Part shown: one piece after another, positions 36,259-49,235 of the stretch
Position numbering within the stretch: position 1 is the first letter of the stretch
Layout of the letters: every line of letters starts with the position of its first letter
DNA from: Intoshia linei
Lineage: Eukaryota; Animalia; Orthonectida
NCBI GenBank assembly: GCA_001642005.1
Contig: LWCA01000054.1
Coordinates: 2,116-66,115, forward strand
DNA length: 64,000 bases
Reading direction: 5' to 3'
Position numbers and translations under genes: made by a program
The notes under the pieces: model-generated
Told to the model about the DNA's origin: nothing
Databases searched by the model: none
What the model saw: only the letters and a program-made list of their open reading frames with translations

Positions 36259-37737
36259 ACTCAAGCTTGGCTCTAAAGATTAAATCACAAGTGATCATAT
36301 TGGTAATTATTTGATAAAAATCATCACAAATTAATTACCGTTTAAGATTTATGTTGCAATTATATCGGATTATAAAATTGTGTATTAAAATAACGCACCG
36401 TTACGCGCCTTATTTAAATTTATTGATACGTTGTTATAGACACTGTAAAATCAAAATTGTTTTCTTGATATCAACAATTTATTTCTATGGTAGTGTAGAA
36501 TATCTACGCTAAAGTTTGTAGTGGTATGTCCCTTCTAAAATTAGAGTAAAATTTTCGAAACGATAGAAATATCTTTACATTTAATCCACAAACAAAATAA
36601 ATATAGCTATAATTTGAAAAAATTTTTTTTTTGTTATTATAGAATAACATCAATGATACCTGATGCAGCTTGACATTATCAAAATATACAAAAATTTTTA
36701 AATTTTCAACAAAAACGAAGCATGATGTAGTGAAAATAAATATATTTAATCAGTAAAATACAAATTATGTTTCTGATTACGATAATAAATGTACACAATA
36801 AGGTTTATATTGTTATTAACGGAACATAGTTATTTACATATTCATATTTATAACATATTTATAACATATTTACAATGGTAACTGTTTTGGTTAAAGTTTA
36901 GTATAATGATACAGTCTAAGTCAGTGCTTCTCAAACTTTTTTCAATAAATTGATAATTCGATCGATAATTGAGATCAATATGGAAACAGCATTACACTAA
37001 CAAAACAAAGTAATTGAGCAGACATAAGCACACATAATAAGCAAAACATAAGCCAGATTAATTTTAGGTTAAATGACAGCCTGCAAAATGAACGAAATTT
37101 TGCATTATAAGCCAAAATTATACTGTACTATTTTAGTCACAAATATTAACTAAAATTAAATCGGTAGGCATAAAATTTTTCACGACGAATTGATGTTATC
37201 ATTGTAAATTTTCGACCTACCAAAAAAAATTTATTTACACATAAATCCACTCTGAACTAGCCATAAAAAAACCTTAAAAATTTTGAAATTTTATCACTCT
37301 TTGATGAATAGTACGTGTTTAAATAAATTCTCATATTCCTGTTAAGCAGTGGTTCAACCGGTGCACTGAAAAGAAATTTGAGTTTATTTTGTAAATTTTT
37401 ACATTATACTTATCAAATCATTTTTATTTATTTAAACAAACTTCAAATGTTAATTTCTTTGATTTTACGATCGGTTTGTTATCGACGGGATTAAGATTAT
37501 TTTTTAATTAAAACATATCCTGTTGAGGAGATTTATTGTTATTTAAATGTGATCTTTGGAAATTTGATTTTTTTTATAATTCGAGCTGATTATAAATTTG
37601 ATTTTTTTTATAATTTGAGCTGATTATAAATTAGATAATTGTTTATCATTGCTCTGATTTAAATTTTCAATTAAACTTAAGTGCACTAAGTGCATTGCAC
37701 TAGTAAGTGTAATATAAGTGTAATCTTATATGTAATA

Positions 37738-38250
37738 CTAGGTTGACTGTTATGTACTACGTACAAACAGTACCTAGCTCTGCTGAGACCACATTTTTAT
37801 TATACCAAAAAAATAAATTCATATTGAAAATCTAACTTATTAAAAATCCTACTATTTACTATTATCATTGATAATAATAATTATCAATCCTTTAAATGAG
37901 TGGTTCCCAAATTTGTTTCAGGTGGAACCATCATATCACATTACTTTTTACTTTATTATTATTCCATTATTTCATATTTTTATTATTATATTATTCCAGT
38001 TAATTATTCCATCTTAATTTTTTGTTTGTTAACATTTGCGTAAAGAATTTTAAAAACAATTGTTATCCCATTTTTTTAATTTATTAGACAGAATGTGTGT
38101 ATAATATTAAAAATAAAGAAAAAACAGTCAAATCCTAAAAATTGTCATAAATAGCATAAATTCAGTACCATATTAATAAATACTTAAAAATACCAATTGC
38201 ATATCAATAATAACTGAATCTTCACTTTATAAATATTTCAGTCGAATTTT
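37738..38250 (-). mobile_element. Helitron 3' portion (well-conserved copy)
   Basis: CTAG at 37738-37741 followed by the hairpin CTGTTATGTAC-TAC-GTACAAACAG and the family body. Confidence 0.8.
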
Positions 38251-38746
38251 ATATAATAATTATAATGGCGGTATTGATTGGTCTGATTGTACGTATTTTT
38301 TCTAGCCACTTTAGTTAAATGTATAAAATCAGCTATAATTATATGAAGAACATTTTATGGTTTTTACACCATTTTTTTGTAGTATTCGTTGCTTCTGCAG
38401 TTTTTCAGTCTTAACTTGGATTTTTAGGTACTTTGTACCCTATTAGGGACCAATCATATCATATTAAAACTTGAAATTTAAATGTACTGTCTATTTCACG
38501 TTTAACTTATCGCTCAATGTATCAATAATTTTTAAATTAATAAATTGTCGATCATACTAATTTTGTTGTACGACCGTCGTACTACGACGTGAAATAACAT
38601 TGATGAATCATAAATTATGACATTATAACTTATGTATACGTCAAAATAAATATAATATAATGTAGTCACTAATAACAAAATATATGATTTTGAATCACAA
38701 CTTGATTGATTGTTTATTAAACTTATATAAACACTATTATAAAATT

Positions 38747-41700
38747 ATGTCACTAAGATCTATGCCAGATTCAGTGGTACTTAAATATGAAATTTTAAAA
38801 GAAAAGTATCAACTGGTATGAATAATAATTTATTTAGAATTTCTAATATATTTTACTAATCCAAGGAAATGAATATTAAATTTTCTATTGCGATGAGTAT
38901 TTGTAATTGTACATTGTACAATATTCATATGTATTCATCGGCAAAATGTGTATATGATGCCGTTTGAATAGTTTTTGGAGAATTTCTAGTTCGCTAATGT
39001 TGAGAGTCCCAACATGGGACTTAATAATTTTGTTATAAAGAAAAGATGCCTGGGTATGATCGGCTCGTAAATAATCATCGAATTCCCTGTCAACAATAGA
39101 CCCATAAGGAGAGTTGAACCTTCAAGCTCGAGGGCCCCGAAAATGAACATACACAATTTTTGGATTTGGAAAAGTAAGGCCTTTTTTAAGAAAAGTAATT
39201 TTACAAAAATTCAACCACGAAGATGGCCTAGTAGTACGGTAGGTTCAGCTCTGCTTGTATACATCCACGTGATCGTCATGTAACGGGTTATAACATAATG
39301 AAAAAAATAAATTTTTATTTAACTTTGATCATAGTTTAGTTTCATTTTATTCAATTACTAGAAATTTTACTGATTTTAACCAATTACCCTAGTTTGAATC
39401 TTAATGATACTTTAACTCATCGTTTATTCCAGGGGTTCCCACACTTTTGATACGGCGTCCCGGTAATAATTACAAAATTTATCGCGGACTACTAAAGAGA
39501 TATTACTAGACAACATTAAAAAAATTTATACGAAAAACGTAATAAATTTACTTATAATTACTAAATTAATTTTTTCAAAATTATTTCGCGGACTGGCATT
39601 TGGGAAACGCTGGTTTATTCATTCCACCATGATGATGTTATCATCTACAAATTGATTTTCGTCCTCATTTTCAATTTGTTTTATTTTAGTAAATGGAAAA
39701 CTACTGTAAATTGTTCAGACATTAACTAATATAAATTTAATAATATTACGAGACAAAATAATTTTGGAATTATGTATACTCTATAAGTGGGTCCATAAAC
39801 CGTTGACTCATGAACCCCTGTGAAAAATATAATTTGTAGATGTATTTAAAATTAATTATTATTACAATATTCCTAAACCTAGATGTTTGAAAATTTTCAT
39901 GAACTCTTCTTGAATATTTTGAAAAAGGGTGGTTTGAGATTAATCAATTTAAAATAATTTAAAAATTAAAATGATAATGGTAGCGATTAATTTACAAAAA
40001 ATAAAATAATACAGATACAAAACAATTCTTCAATATTTTATTTCTATTCAAACTCTTAAAGAAAACCCAATGGGCATGCTAAATTGATTTGTTATAAAAA
40101 GCTTAATAAAGTGGTCAGTGACCACTTTTAAACCATCACGCACCCATCTATTTTTTTTGATTATTTATAATAAAGTCAATTATATATTAATAATTTGTCG
40201 AGTTATCGCATACCAAGAATCAAAAACGTATTTTCAATTAAAGAATCGCATCATTTGTTATTTATTTATAAATTGATATGAAGAAAATTTGTTTTTTTGA
40301 AATATATTTTATCGTTGATGAAAATATTTATCTCTAAAACTACATCCAATTAAAAAATTTTGCATAAATTTGTATGGAGATACATAGATCCGTCTATTAG
40401 ATGGGTACAACATTGTACAATATACATGAAAAAATAATTTCTTTTTTCCGAAACCCAATTTCAGAAACACTGAATTTGATTAGTAACGTTATATAATTGC
40501 CACGTTTATGCGTCGTTGACAAATTATCAAATTATTATAGAAATTAGTACTGTTGATGTTAACTTTTATGCCGCAATCTAAGTTTATATATTTAATTTTC
40601 CTTAATTTATAAATGAATGTTTTATTATTGTGTACTTATTTAGTTATACAAACAATATCAAGATGTCAAATTAGCACTAGAATGTAAAATTGAATCAGAA
40701 AAAAACCTCAAAGTATTTTTAATTAAAGTTAATACTGTGGTCGCTCTCAAAACTGACCACTTTTAAATTTTCAATTAATAATAATTTTTTGGTAGAGATA
40801 TGATGGTCCGCCCTCGGCAAGCCTAGGTACTTTTGGTATAAAGTAAATGACAGTCAAGCTAGTTATATTATATATTTATGTTCATTATATCGTATAATAA
40901 TATTCATATTTATTACATGAAAAATACGATTTTTGTCGTTTTCAGATCAATCCCGTCACAATTAGCATGTTAATTACTGATTTTCACGAATAATAAAGAT
41001 TTTAAAAAATATACTTGTAAAAATCGTATTTCAAGAGGAAAGTGATGTATAATACGTTTTGTGTCGTTTTCAGCTCAATTCCGTATCATTTAGCATGTTA
41101 ATTACTCATTTGCACGAATAATAAAGATTTAAAAAAATATACTTGTAAAAATCGTATTTTAAGAGGAAATTGATGTATAATACATTTTTTGTCGTTTTCA
41201 GCTCAATTCCGTATCATTTAGCATATTATTTACTCATTTGCACGAATAATAAAGATTTAAAAAAATATACTTGTAAAAATCGTATTTTAAGAAAAAATTG
41301 ATGTATAATACGTTTTTTGTCGTTTTCAGTTCAATTCCGTATCATTTAGCATGTTATTTACTCATTTGCACGAATAATAAAGATTTTAAAAATTTAAAAA
41401 TTTTTACTCGTAAAAATCGTATTTTAAGAAGAAATTTATGAAAAATACGATTTTTGTCGTTTTCAGATCAATTCAGTCACAATTGGCATGTTATTAAATA
41501 TTTATAAGATAATTTAATATGTTGTAGTCCAAATTACAAAACATTCAACAAGAAAAGGAGAGCCTTTCTTATTTAAATAAGAGTTTTCTGAAACGAATAG
41601 AAATTATGCAAACCTCACTACTAAACAATAAAAATGCATTACCTATTTCCACCGATTCGGTATTTTTATACATTAAATAAATTGGATTAGTGGTTCTCAA

Positions 41701-43802
41701 CGCGTGCCATTTTAGTAAAAAATATGTGGAAATATTTAGAAAATTAATAAATTTCTATGAAATATTCATTAAGTATTGTATTGAATTACTATTCTATAGA
41801 AGCTAACCACATTTGTCAGGATTAAAAAAATTTAGACTATAGAAAATCTCTTGAAATGTTTTTATTTTCAATATTAATCAACTTCAAAACAAATGCACGT
41901 TTAACGGGCCTTGACGAAAACCATAATTAATGAAAAGGCTGAATAACAAGTTATGACTGAACAATTTGATTTTGTGTTAAGGGCAACGAAAAAATTAACG
42001 TAACTAGAGGCCAGTACCACGAAAGATTAATGACCACTTTAATTGGTCTGCTATGATACATTTAAACGCGATAAATATATTAACTAATTACGTTTTATTT
42101 AGTACGATTCTGTATACGCATCGGAACTTCAACTAAAAATATTACAAACTTTTCTAGAGATAGAGGTATTAAAATTATCTAAAATTTTGAGAGGAAATTA
42201 CCTATCGGTGAGTAATGATAAATTATTTAAATAGGATAAATCCACAAATTCAATGGAACGACCCATCAAACAGTTAAAAAAACCAACTCGGAAATCTAAA
42301 CTTTCTGATTCCAAGAGTAATTTTTCAAATATTATTTATTGAATATATCATAATACATGCAATGATTATTACTAGTAATTAAAATGGATGGGGACAGTAC
42401 TCTGCTTTTGTTTCAATTGGTTTTTGACGTAGAACAATTTGCTTCTATTCATGTTGATATTAAACTAACATTTTTAAATTTTACATTTATTAGATAAAGT
42501 ATAGTCGAAATGACTTTGTAAAGAAGAACATTGACACATTCATGTCCGGAATTGCTAGCCTGCAAACCGGTGTAAATGTCACTAAAAATAACATTAAAAA
42601 TACATTTAAGGTAGATAAATTAAATTTCGAGACTATTAAGATTGCGTATCAAAGAATCAGTCATTATTACAATTCTGTTGAGGAAAGTCAAAATGTTAAA
42701 CTGTAAATAATGAAAGACTATTTAAAAAATAAATTAGGTCCACCTATTCTAGACTGAAAAGCAGTTTTATATTGACCTTGCGTTCTACATTCATCTCTCT
42801 ATTAAACGAATTTATGGGGAGATTGCAGACACGAGGTAAATTGATTGAAAGCTATAAAAATATTAAGTTTAAGATAACACGATTTACGAATTTTCAGAAT
42901 CTATAGTAGAATCTCTTATAGACCGCTTGACAGGTAAATATTTTGATGAAATGTAGTTTATATTTTAGCAATCATTATTTTACTATATTTTGTTAAATTT
43001 AAAAAACCTCAAAACATTTTTAACCATTTTGCTATTGTAAAAATTTCCAGCAAATCAGAAACGATAAAAAACTGTCTTGTTGCTTTAAATGAAGTAAATT
43101 TTAATTTACTTTTGTTAATTGATAACTAATTAAAATTTAATTTTCAGGATTTGACAGTCTACTCCAAATTATGTAAAATTGTCAATTTAAAAAATGAGAA
43201 TATAAAATTAAATTTGAAAGAATTTAATCAAGACGAAAGCCTTATCAACATTGCAAATTTGCGCCTGTCATTACGTGATATTTATTGTAAAATGCAAGAC
43301 TATCAAAATATGGTTGGAAAATATTTAAATTGAAAAAACCTTAGATTCACTTAAAATCAAAAAAATTGGAAATATTTGCTGCCAAGATTGAAATTTTAAA
43401 GATGGAAAATGAAATGTTTGATTTAAATGAACACGAGAGGGTTTAATTATTCAAATGTATACATAATATATTCAAAGGATACAATTTTACATTTCAATCA
43501 AAAATTGCTGAACAAAATTCAAAGCATGGCAAAAAAAATTCAAAAATCAGATTCAAATGCTTTGGAATATCAAATGGAGGTATATTTTTGGAAATTTAAT
43601 TTTCACTTTTTGAAAAAATTAGGCTAGTTCAATTACGGCAAAATGCATCAAATTAGATGACACTATTTCTAGTTTATCTGTCAAATTAATAGCTTATGCA
43701 GAGAAAATAAAATTTTTACAGGAAAAATTGGTTCTTTTATCAAAAAATTGGGAAGAAAAATACAAGTTGCTTTCCAAAAGAGTTAAACTACCATCAAATT
43801 AA
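38747..43802 (+). CDS. PPP1R21: Coiled-coil protein resembling PPP1R21 (CCDC128/KLRAQ1, FERRY subunit Fy-2), ~14 exons
   Basis: Phase-0 exons 38747-38815, 40644-40712 and 41528-41659 give ..SKLQNIQQEKESLSYLNKSFLKRIEIMQTSL, resembling the PPP1R21 N-terminal coiled coil. The C-terminus RE..KIQKSDSNALEYQME..LQEKL..WEEKYKLLS resembles its C-terminal domain. Similarity was recognised by eye only, and the middle exons are tentative. Confidence 0.62.
39430..39612. mobile_element. 183-bp hAT MITE
   Basis: TIRs CAGGGGTTCCCA and TGGGAAACGCTG, with a perfect 8-bp TSD GTTTATTC. Confidence 0.85.
40917..41495. repeat. 128-bp minisatellite, ~4.5 copies, intronic
   Basis: GTCGTTTTCAG recurs at 40935, 41063, 41191, 41319 and 41456. 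Confidence 0.92.
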
Positions 43803-43824
43803 CATTTATAAACATTTTTACAAT

Positions 43825-46800
43825 TTACAGGAATACACGTTTCTTTGTCGTTCGCATGAAAGGTCTGTGAACCCATTCTACCTTTGATATATTTACTAAA
43901 TCTATTGTTCCTAATATTATTTTGTATACTAAAGTTAAATATATAGTTTCATTTTATATTTACATTTCATTTCAAAACGAGGGCCCAATTCCATTAGTTT
44001 AAGTTCTGGGTATTTTTTGAATGCGTGGTGTCTAAACATAAAGATAACTAAATTTGTGGGTTTATAATTATAATAGTCATTAGTATAGTTTCATAAAGTG
44101 GTTCCAAACGTTTTAAGGGCTAACCCTTAATTTCACGTTAATTTTAAGAACCCCATAAACGACTAAACTTTGAGTTAATTTGTATACACTAATTACCTCA
44201 TTGAAATAAAGTCTTCAGTATTGCTAAATGTAACAATTCTCTTTGAATTTAATTTAGGTACAGGAAATAGATATTTTAGAATATTAGTAACCTAACGTAA
44301 ATGTTTAGATTTTAAATAATATACAAATTGTAATACCCTGAATCCTAAATCTGTTTTAAAGCCATCGAAAATTAAATGGGGGTAACTTTCAGGTAATTTT
44401 GCTATAGCTTCAATATCGTGTCGCATAACAACATTAGATATTGTGAAATATGCGGTCGGGCCATAAGGTAGATGAGAAATTACTAATCCATCTAAAATAT
44501 TAAATTAACAAATCTTTTAGTTTAATGAATAGGGGTCCACGGCAATTGTAACAATACTTCTTTTTAAAACATTAGTATGGGTCTACTGAAGTCAGTGGTT
44601 TCCAAAGTGGTCCATAGGAAATTCTAGATGGTTCACAAGAAAAATTTTAAATAAAATGAAGATAAAGTTTTTTAATTCTACCAGTGTCGAACCTACCGTA
44701 TCTGAGACCCCTAATCCGTGTTTTAGACGAAATTTTTGTAAAATGGGTCATAATTTTTTTAAATACCATAATTAAATTTGTATTTTGTATGATAAATATA
44801 AAGTATCAAGTCAAGGGTCTTAGAGCTATATACCAGTATGCATAGCTTGTGAAAAACGTTTTTAGGCTCTATTTTTGATTTTTGACAGCCTCGAACTAGG
44901 TAGGTTCAGCTGTGGGTTCTACCTTTCTTTACTTATAAACTTACTAGCTTGACTGTTATGTACTAAGTACTAAGGAATAAGTACCAATTTAATAAATAGT
45001 TAAAAATACCAATTGTGTATCAATAATTAACTGAACCTTCACTTTATAAACATTTCAGTCAAATTTTACTATTATTGCAAAGGATTGTAATATAAAAATG
45101 ATATTAACAAAGTTTTTTTAGTTTCGTTGTTTAGTTTATTATTTAAATTTGAATGTTTTAATAAAAATGTTTTGAAAATGAAAATTTGAAATTTAAAAAT
45201 TGCGAAGGAATGAATTATATTTTGATTATCACCCATATTTCTTTATTGGAAATGTGTAGACGTTTAATGCACATTTTTTTGAAATTGTAGGATCAATATT
45301 TACATTTTCAATTTTTATTTTAATCGAATTTATTTGAAAAATATTGGTTGGTATTATATTAAAAATTATTTTGCACCGGGAATACGTAGATTTCTGGGGT
45401 TCAAGTTTTGTATTTATATTAACTGGAATAAGCTCTATCAGAATGATCTTTTTTTTAATTTTCGGACTTTTAATTATTTCACATTTTTTGTTTTAATAAA
45501 ATATTTCGGAAAAAAAATATATTAAAACAAATGCTTTTTTGACCGTGAAGGTGTCACTTATTCAGATTGACATTTTTTGTGTGTGTTAACAGGATACAAC
45601 TGTACCACCTGTAAATTTTTTTAAATTATAGGGTTGTTTTCATCAAAAAAAAAAGGAAATTTGGGGTTTTGGCCCTAAAGATATATTTTTTTTAAATTTA
45701 AATTTTAGATAATATTTATTAATTTAAAATCCGTATCAGAATATATATTTTTGTATATTCTCGAACTCGTTTGATATACAAAAAAATGGCAATTGGGGTT
45801 TTTGACCCCGTAAGATGTGAGTTTAGTAGGTTGAAATTTATCTTATTAAACGTTCTGGAAAAAACTGTAATTGAAATGTGGTTTTTAAAAAATTCTAAAA
45901 GTGGTAGTTATTTCAATAAAGTGGAACACACACACACAAACAAAAATCGCGTAGCCTTTTATGTTTACTCTTAACTTGTCCCCATTAAATTGACTTTTAG
46001 TTTAGTCTGTCATTAGTAATGATACACAGTCATTACACATCAGCTCAGCTACCAATTGCTTGATTAATTATTTATTAATTGTATTTTGAGTTATTTATTT
46101 GTTTCATTAGTTTTTTACATGGGGTATATTTGCTTAGTAACGTTTTTAATGCCTACCAACGCTTAAGGTCGAAGATCCACTGCAGCATATGATTTTTTCC
46201 AAACATTATACACTGCTTTATCACCTTTAACTTCATATTTTGTTCAAATGTTGAATATTATTTATATTTTAATTTGTTCAACAATTTTTTTATTGAAATC
46301 CCTAGAAATCATAAAAATCCCGGGAATATTATCCCGGCATTTTTCCCGAGCACAATCCTTATATCAAAGTGACTACAACAATCCAAAATTTGACAAACTA
46401 TTTTGCTCAACCCAGTAATTAAAAACATGTAAATATTAAAAAAATACCGGGTACACCGCGATGTTCATGAACAAATATTAAATCAGTAACTCCATTTTTA
46501 CGGCAAACTTGAACCAATTGTTTAATATCTACATTACCACGATTAATACGCTGTGAAGTAGGAAAAAGTAATCGAACTTCCTAAATATTAAATTAAAAAT
46601 GTATTACGCATAATTATTAGTGCTACTGTCTTTTCTCGATTATAAGAAGTATTCTTATATTCGAGAGTAAAAGGAAAAATGCTTATAATCAAAAACAAGC
46701 AGACTTTTAAGCAGACCTTGAAAAATATAAAAAATACACTAAAAGTATGCTTTTATAATTTAAGAACTCGTTAGATTTGTATTAAATTACATCTTGGGGT

Positions 46801-48051
46801 ATTCTCAAAATCTATTTGAGATAAAACTTATAAATTAAATAAATAACGATAACAATGAAGTCTATTATGAAGGAAGTAAAAAATAAGGTCTGTGAAGGAC
46901 TTAAATAATTTTTGGTCCCGCTTGATATCATTGATTATAAGTACATTGACAATATTAAAAACACGTCCGAATCACTTTATCTTAATGAATTTTTTGTTGC
47001 TTCAAAAAATTTGAAATTCAGATTACTTTCAACGAATTGCATAAACAACATATTGTATATGGTGAAAGCAAAACTTGTAAATTAGACATTCTATTGTATG
47101 AAGGAAGTTATTTTTTAAAAATAAATTGATATGTTGTCTATTTTTTGTTTAAAGTTTTTTCTTTCGAATACAAGCAGAAACTGCTTATATTCAAATTTTA
47201 TTTAGTTAAAAATTTCACTGAAAATTTGTATTTCAGGGGTCTGCTTATAATCGAGAAAAGACAGTAGAAGTTGATGAGAAATTTTACATACAGTATTATC
47301 TCAAATCTTGGAGACAACTCAACGGAGAGGACAACAAAAAATTAAAAATAGAATTTAAAAAAGCGATTTATTTTTTTCATTTAAGGGCTTGGGAAACTCT
47401 TCTTTAAAAAAAAAAGTCTTAAATATGTTAGTCTTATTAACATTAGTGTTGACAGTTGATAAAAATGTATAGATTAACTTTCATCAATCCTTTTGAGAAA
47501 AATTGGTAAATATAATTAATTAAAGACAATAATTCAAAACACGGCCAAATGAGCAGTGGTTACTGACCACTGTATAATGAAAAAATAAAAAATCAACCTT
47601 AACAAATTCTTTTAATTTAGCACTAGGGTTATGAGAAGTAGTGACTACAATTTTTGGATCCGTTAAACCAGCGCATCTATATTCGTCATCGATTTCCGAG
47701 TTAATTTCTTAATAAAAATTAACAGTGAAATGAAAAAAAAACTTTTAGTATTATTATCTTCCCAATCGACGATATTTTTGAGCTTATCGGCTTCGTCTTT
47801 AAGTTGGTGAGGTATTCTATCGCCACCTAATTTATTTTGATGAAAATTGAAAAATTTATAAAAAATTTAATGATTTGACAGTCGTCATAAAAATTTAAAA
47901 GCACCGTCAATGGCATCAGAAATTTTTTGTTTTTTAACATTCAGTAATTTTTTTTCTTGTTCAGCAGATTTACGGTAAATATACTCACGTCGTTCTCTGG
48001 CTTGTCTGCGTAGCTAAACAATATACAATTTTACCTAAAACATATTACCAT
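43825..48051 (-). CDS. IMP4: U3 snoRNP protein IMP4 (Brix domain), ~9 exons; the first coding exon is only the ATG
   Basis: M|[111 protein letters not shown]. It is absent from the ORF track. Confidence 0.96.
44682..44914. mobile_element. hAT-like MITE in IMP4 intron
   Basis: Ends are CAGTGTCGAACCTACC and GGTAGGTTCAGCTGTG, with flanks AATTCTAC/GGTTCTAC. Confidence 0.65.
44944..45962 (-). mobile_element. Near-complete non-autonomous Helitron in IMP4 intron
   Basis: CTAG end at 44944. The other end is ACACACACACAAACAAAAATCGCGTAGCCTTTTAT. Colinear with 7353-8506. Confidence 0.85.
46626..47264. mobile_element. Tc1/mariner-pogo superfamily MITE in IMP4 intron
   Basis: Perfect 21-bp TIR CTGTCTTTTCTCGATTATAAG / CTTATAATCGAGAAAAGACAG, flanked by TA on both sides. 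Confidence 0.9.
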
Positions 48052-48136
48052 ATGTCGATATAATATAATTAATTTGGTTACTATATAAATGTAATTTAAA
48101 TTGAAACTTTATTGGATTGTCACGAGTAAAATTTCA
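48052..48136. promoter_or_regulatory. Putative bidirectional promoter between IMP4 and PWP1
   Basis: Only 85 bp separate the divergent ATGs at 48051 (-) and 48137 (+). Confidence 0.6.
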
Positions 48137-49234
48137 ATGAAGGTAATTCCAGATATTTGTTGGATAAAACAGGGCATACCAGAAGAACACCCAACTAAAA
48201 TTTCTATTGATAAACAGTATAGTTCTGATTGCAGTGAAGAAGAGAATAGTATTTGTGATAGTGACAACTCATCTAATTCTAGTGACGAAGATTTACAAGT
48301 TTTGGAAACTGACAATTTGTTGGTATTCCCTGTTGTAGAAGATTCATATCTTTTTAATTTACAAGTAGATGTTTATACTGGAGATGATATTGATGATTTT
48401 TACTGTCATCATGATCATATGCTAGATTTTCACCCTCTTTGTATCGACAATTTACACTCTGATAATGGTAATTTTGTAGTTGTTGGAGGAAAGGATGGGT
48501 TTTTGCGATTATGGGATATCAATATTATAAATTCGGCTGAACCACAATTATACCTTGGTAAATCCGAAGAAAATGATGATTATTCTCCGACAAATGAAAA
48601 TGCAACATTATGTGTCTCTGCTCATAAATCTGACGAAAACGTAGTTTGTAGTGGTCATCTTGATAATAAATTATGCGTTTGGGATTTAAATGATTCAGAA
48701 AAACCAAAATTATCTGTTACAACCAAAGATAGTGTAACATGCATAGCTTGGATGAATAAATCAACAATCTTATTTGGTTGCGATAATTCTACTATAGCAT
48801 TACGCGATATCCGTGAAAAAAAAAGCAAATCTAAAACTAATTCCCAATTTTATAATCTGGACGGAGCCGTAGAATCTTTATTTTGTTGTTTTCATAACAC
48901 AAATTCAATATTTGTGTGTACTAATAAAAATACAATGTATGAGATGGATACTAGAAATTTTAATAAACCCACTGAAAAATTAGAATTGGTTCATTCTAAA
49001 CTAATTTCTTCAATTAGTCAATTTCGTAGTTCACCTCATCACATTATTACCGCATCACACGATAAATCCGTTTCTCTGTGGGAAATTAACGGCTTCAATA
49101 AAATTTATTCACAAAAATTAAACCTTGGCCGCATCACCTCTGTAAAGGAATCACCAGATAATGATTTAATATTTGCCGTTTCCGGTGAAAAATTTTACAA
49201 ATTGTATGATATCAATAAATTTATTAATATATAA
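48137..49234 (+). CDS. PWP1: Periodic tryptophan protein 1 (WD40, ribosome biogenesis), intronless
   Basis: ICWIKQGIPEEHPTKI, an acidic stretch, DNLLV..NLQVDVY..FYCHHDHMLDFHPLCI, GNFVVVG..LWDINIIN, then WD40 repeats. Confidence 0.88.
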   Translation: MKVIPDICWIKQGIPEEHPTKISIDKQYSSDCSEEENSICDSDNSSNSSDEDLQVLETDNLLVFPVVEDSYLFNLQVDVYTGDDIDDFYCHHDHMLDFHPLCIDNLHSDNGNFVVVGGKDGFLRLWDINIINSAEPQLYLGKSEENDDYSPTNENATLCVSAHKSDENVVCSGHLDNKLCVWDLNDSEKPKLSVTTKDSVTCIAWMNKSTILFGCDNSTIALRDIREKKSKSKTNSQFYNLDGAVESLFCCFHNTNSIFVCTNKNTMYEMDTRNFNKPTEKLELVHSKLISSISQFRSSPHHIITASHDKSVSLWEINGFNKIYSQKLNLGRITSVKESPDNDLIFAVSGEKFYKLYDINKFINI

Positions 49235-49235
49235 A

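Noticed and set aside
37561-37632. 34-bp direct duplication
   Set aside because: A simple two-copy slippage repeat in TE-derived intergenic DNA.
40917-41495. Regularly spaced repeats as a CRISPR-like array
   Set aside because: The whole 128-bp unit is repeated with no unique spacers, the context is eukaryotic, and there are no cas genes.
43831-43887. Apparent extra last exon for the PPP1R21-like gene (EYTFLCRSHERSVNPFYL*)
   Set aside because: It is the antisense of the conserved IMP4 last exon ([18 protein letters not shown]). The plus-strand gene has its own in-frame stop at 43800-43802.
45334-45974. ORF-track peptides here and at 5928, 7190, 14206 and 18297
   Set aside because: They lie inside Helitron or MITE copies and the frames are not conserved between copies.
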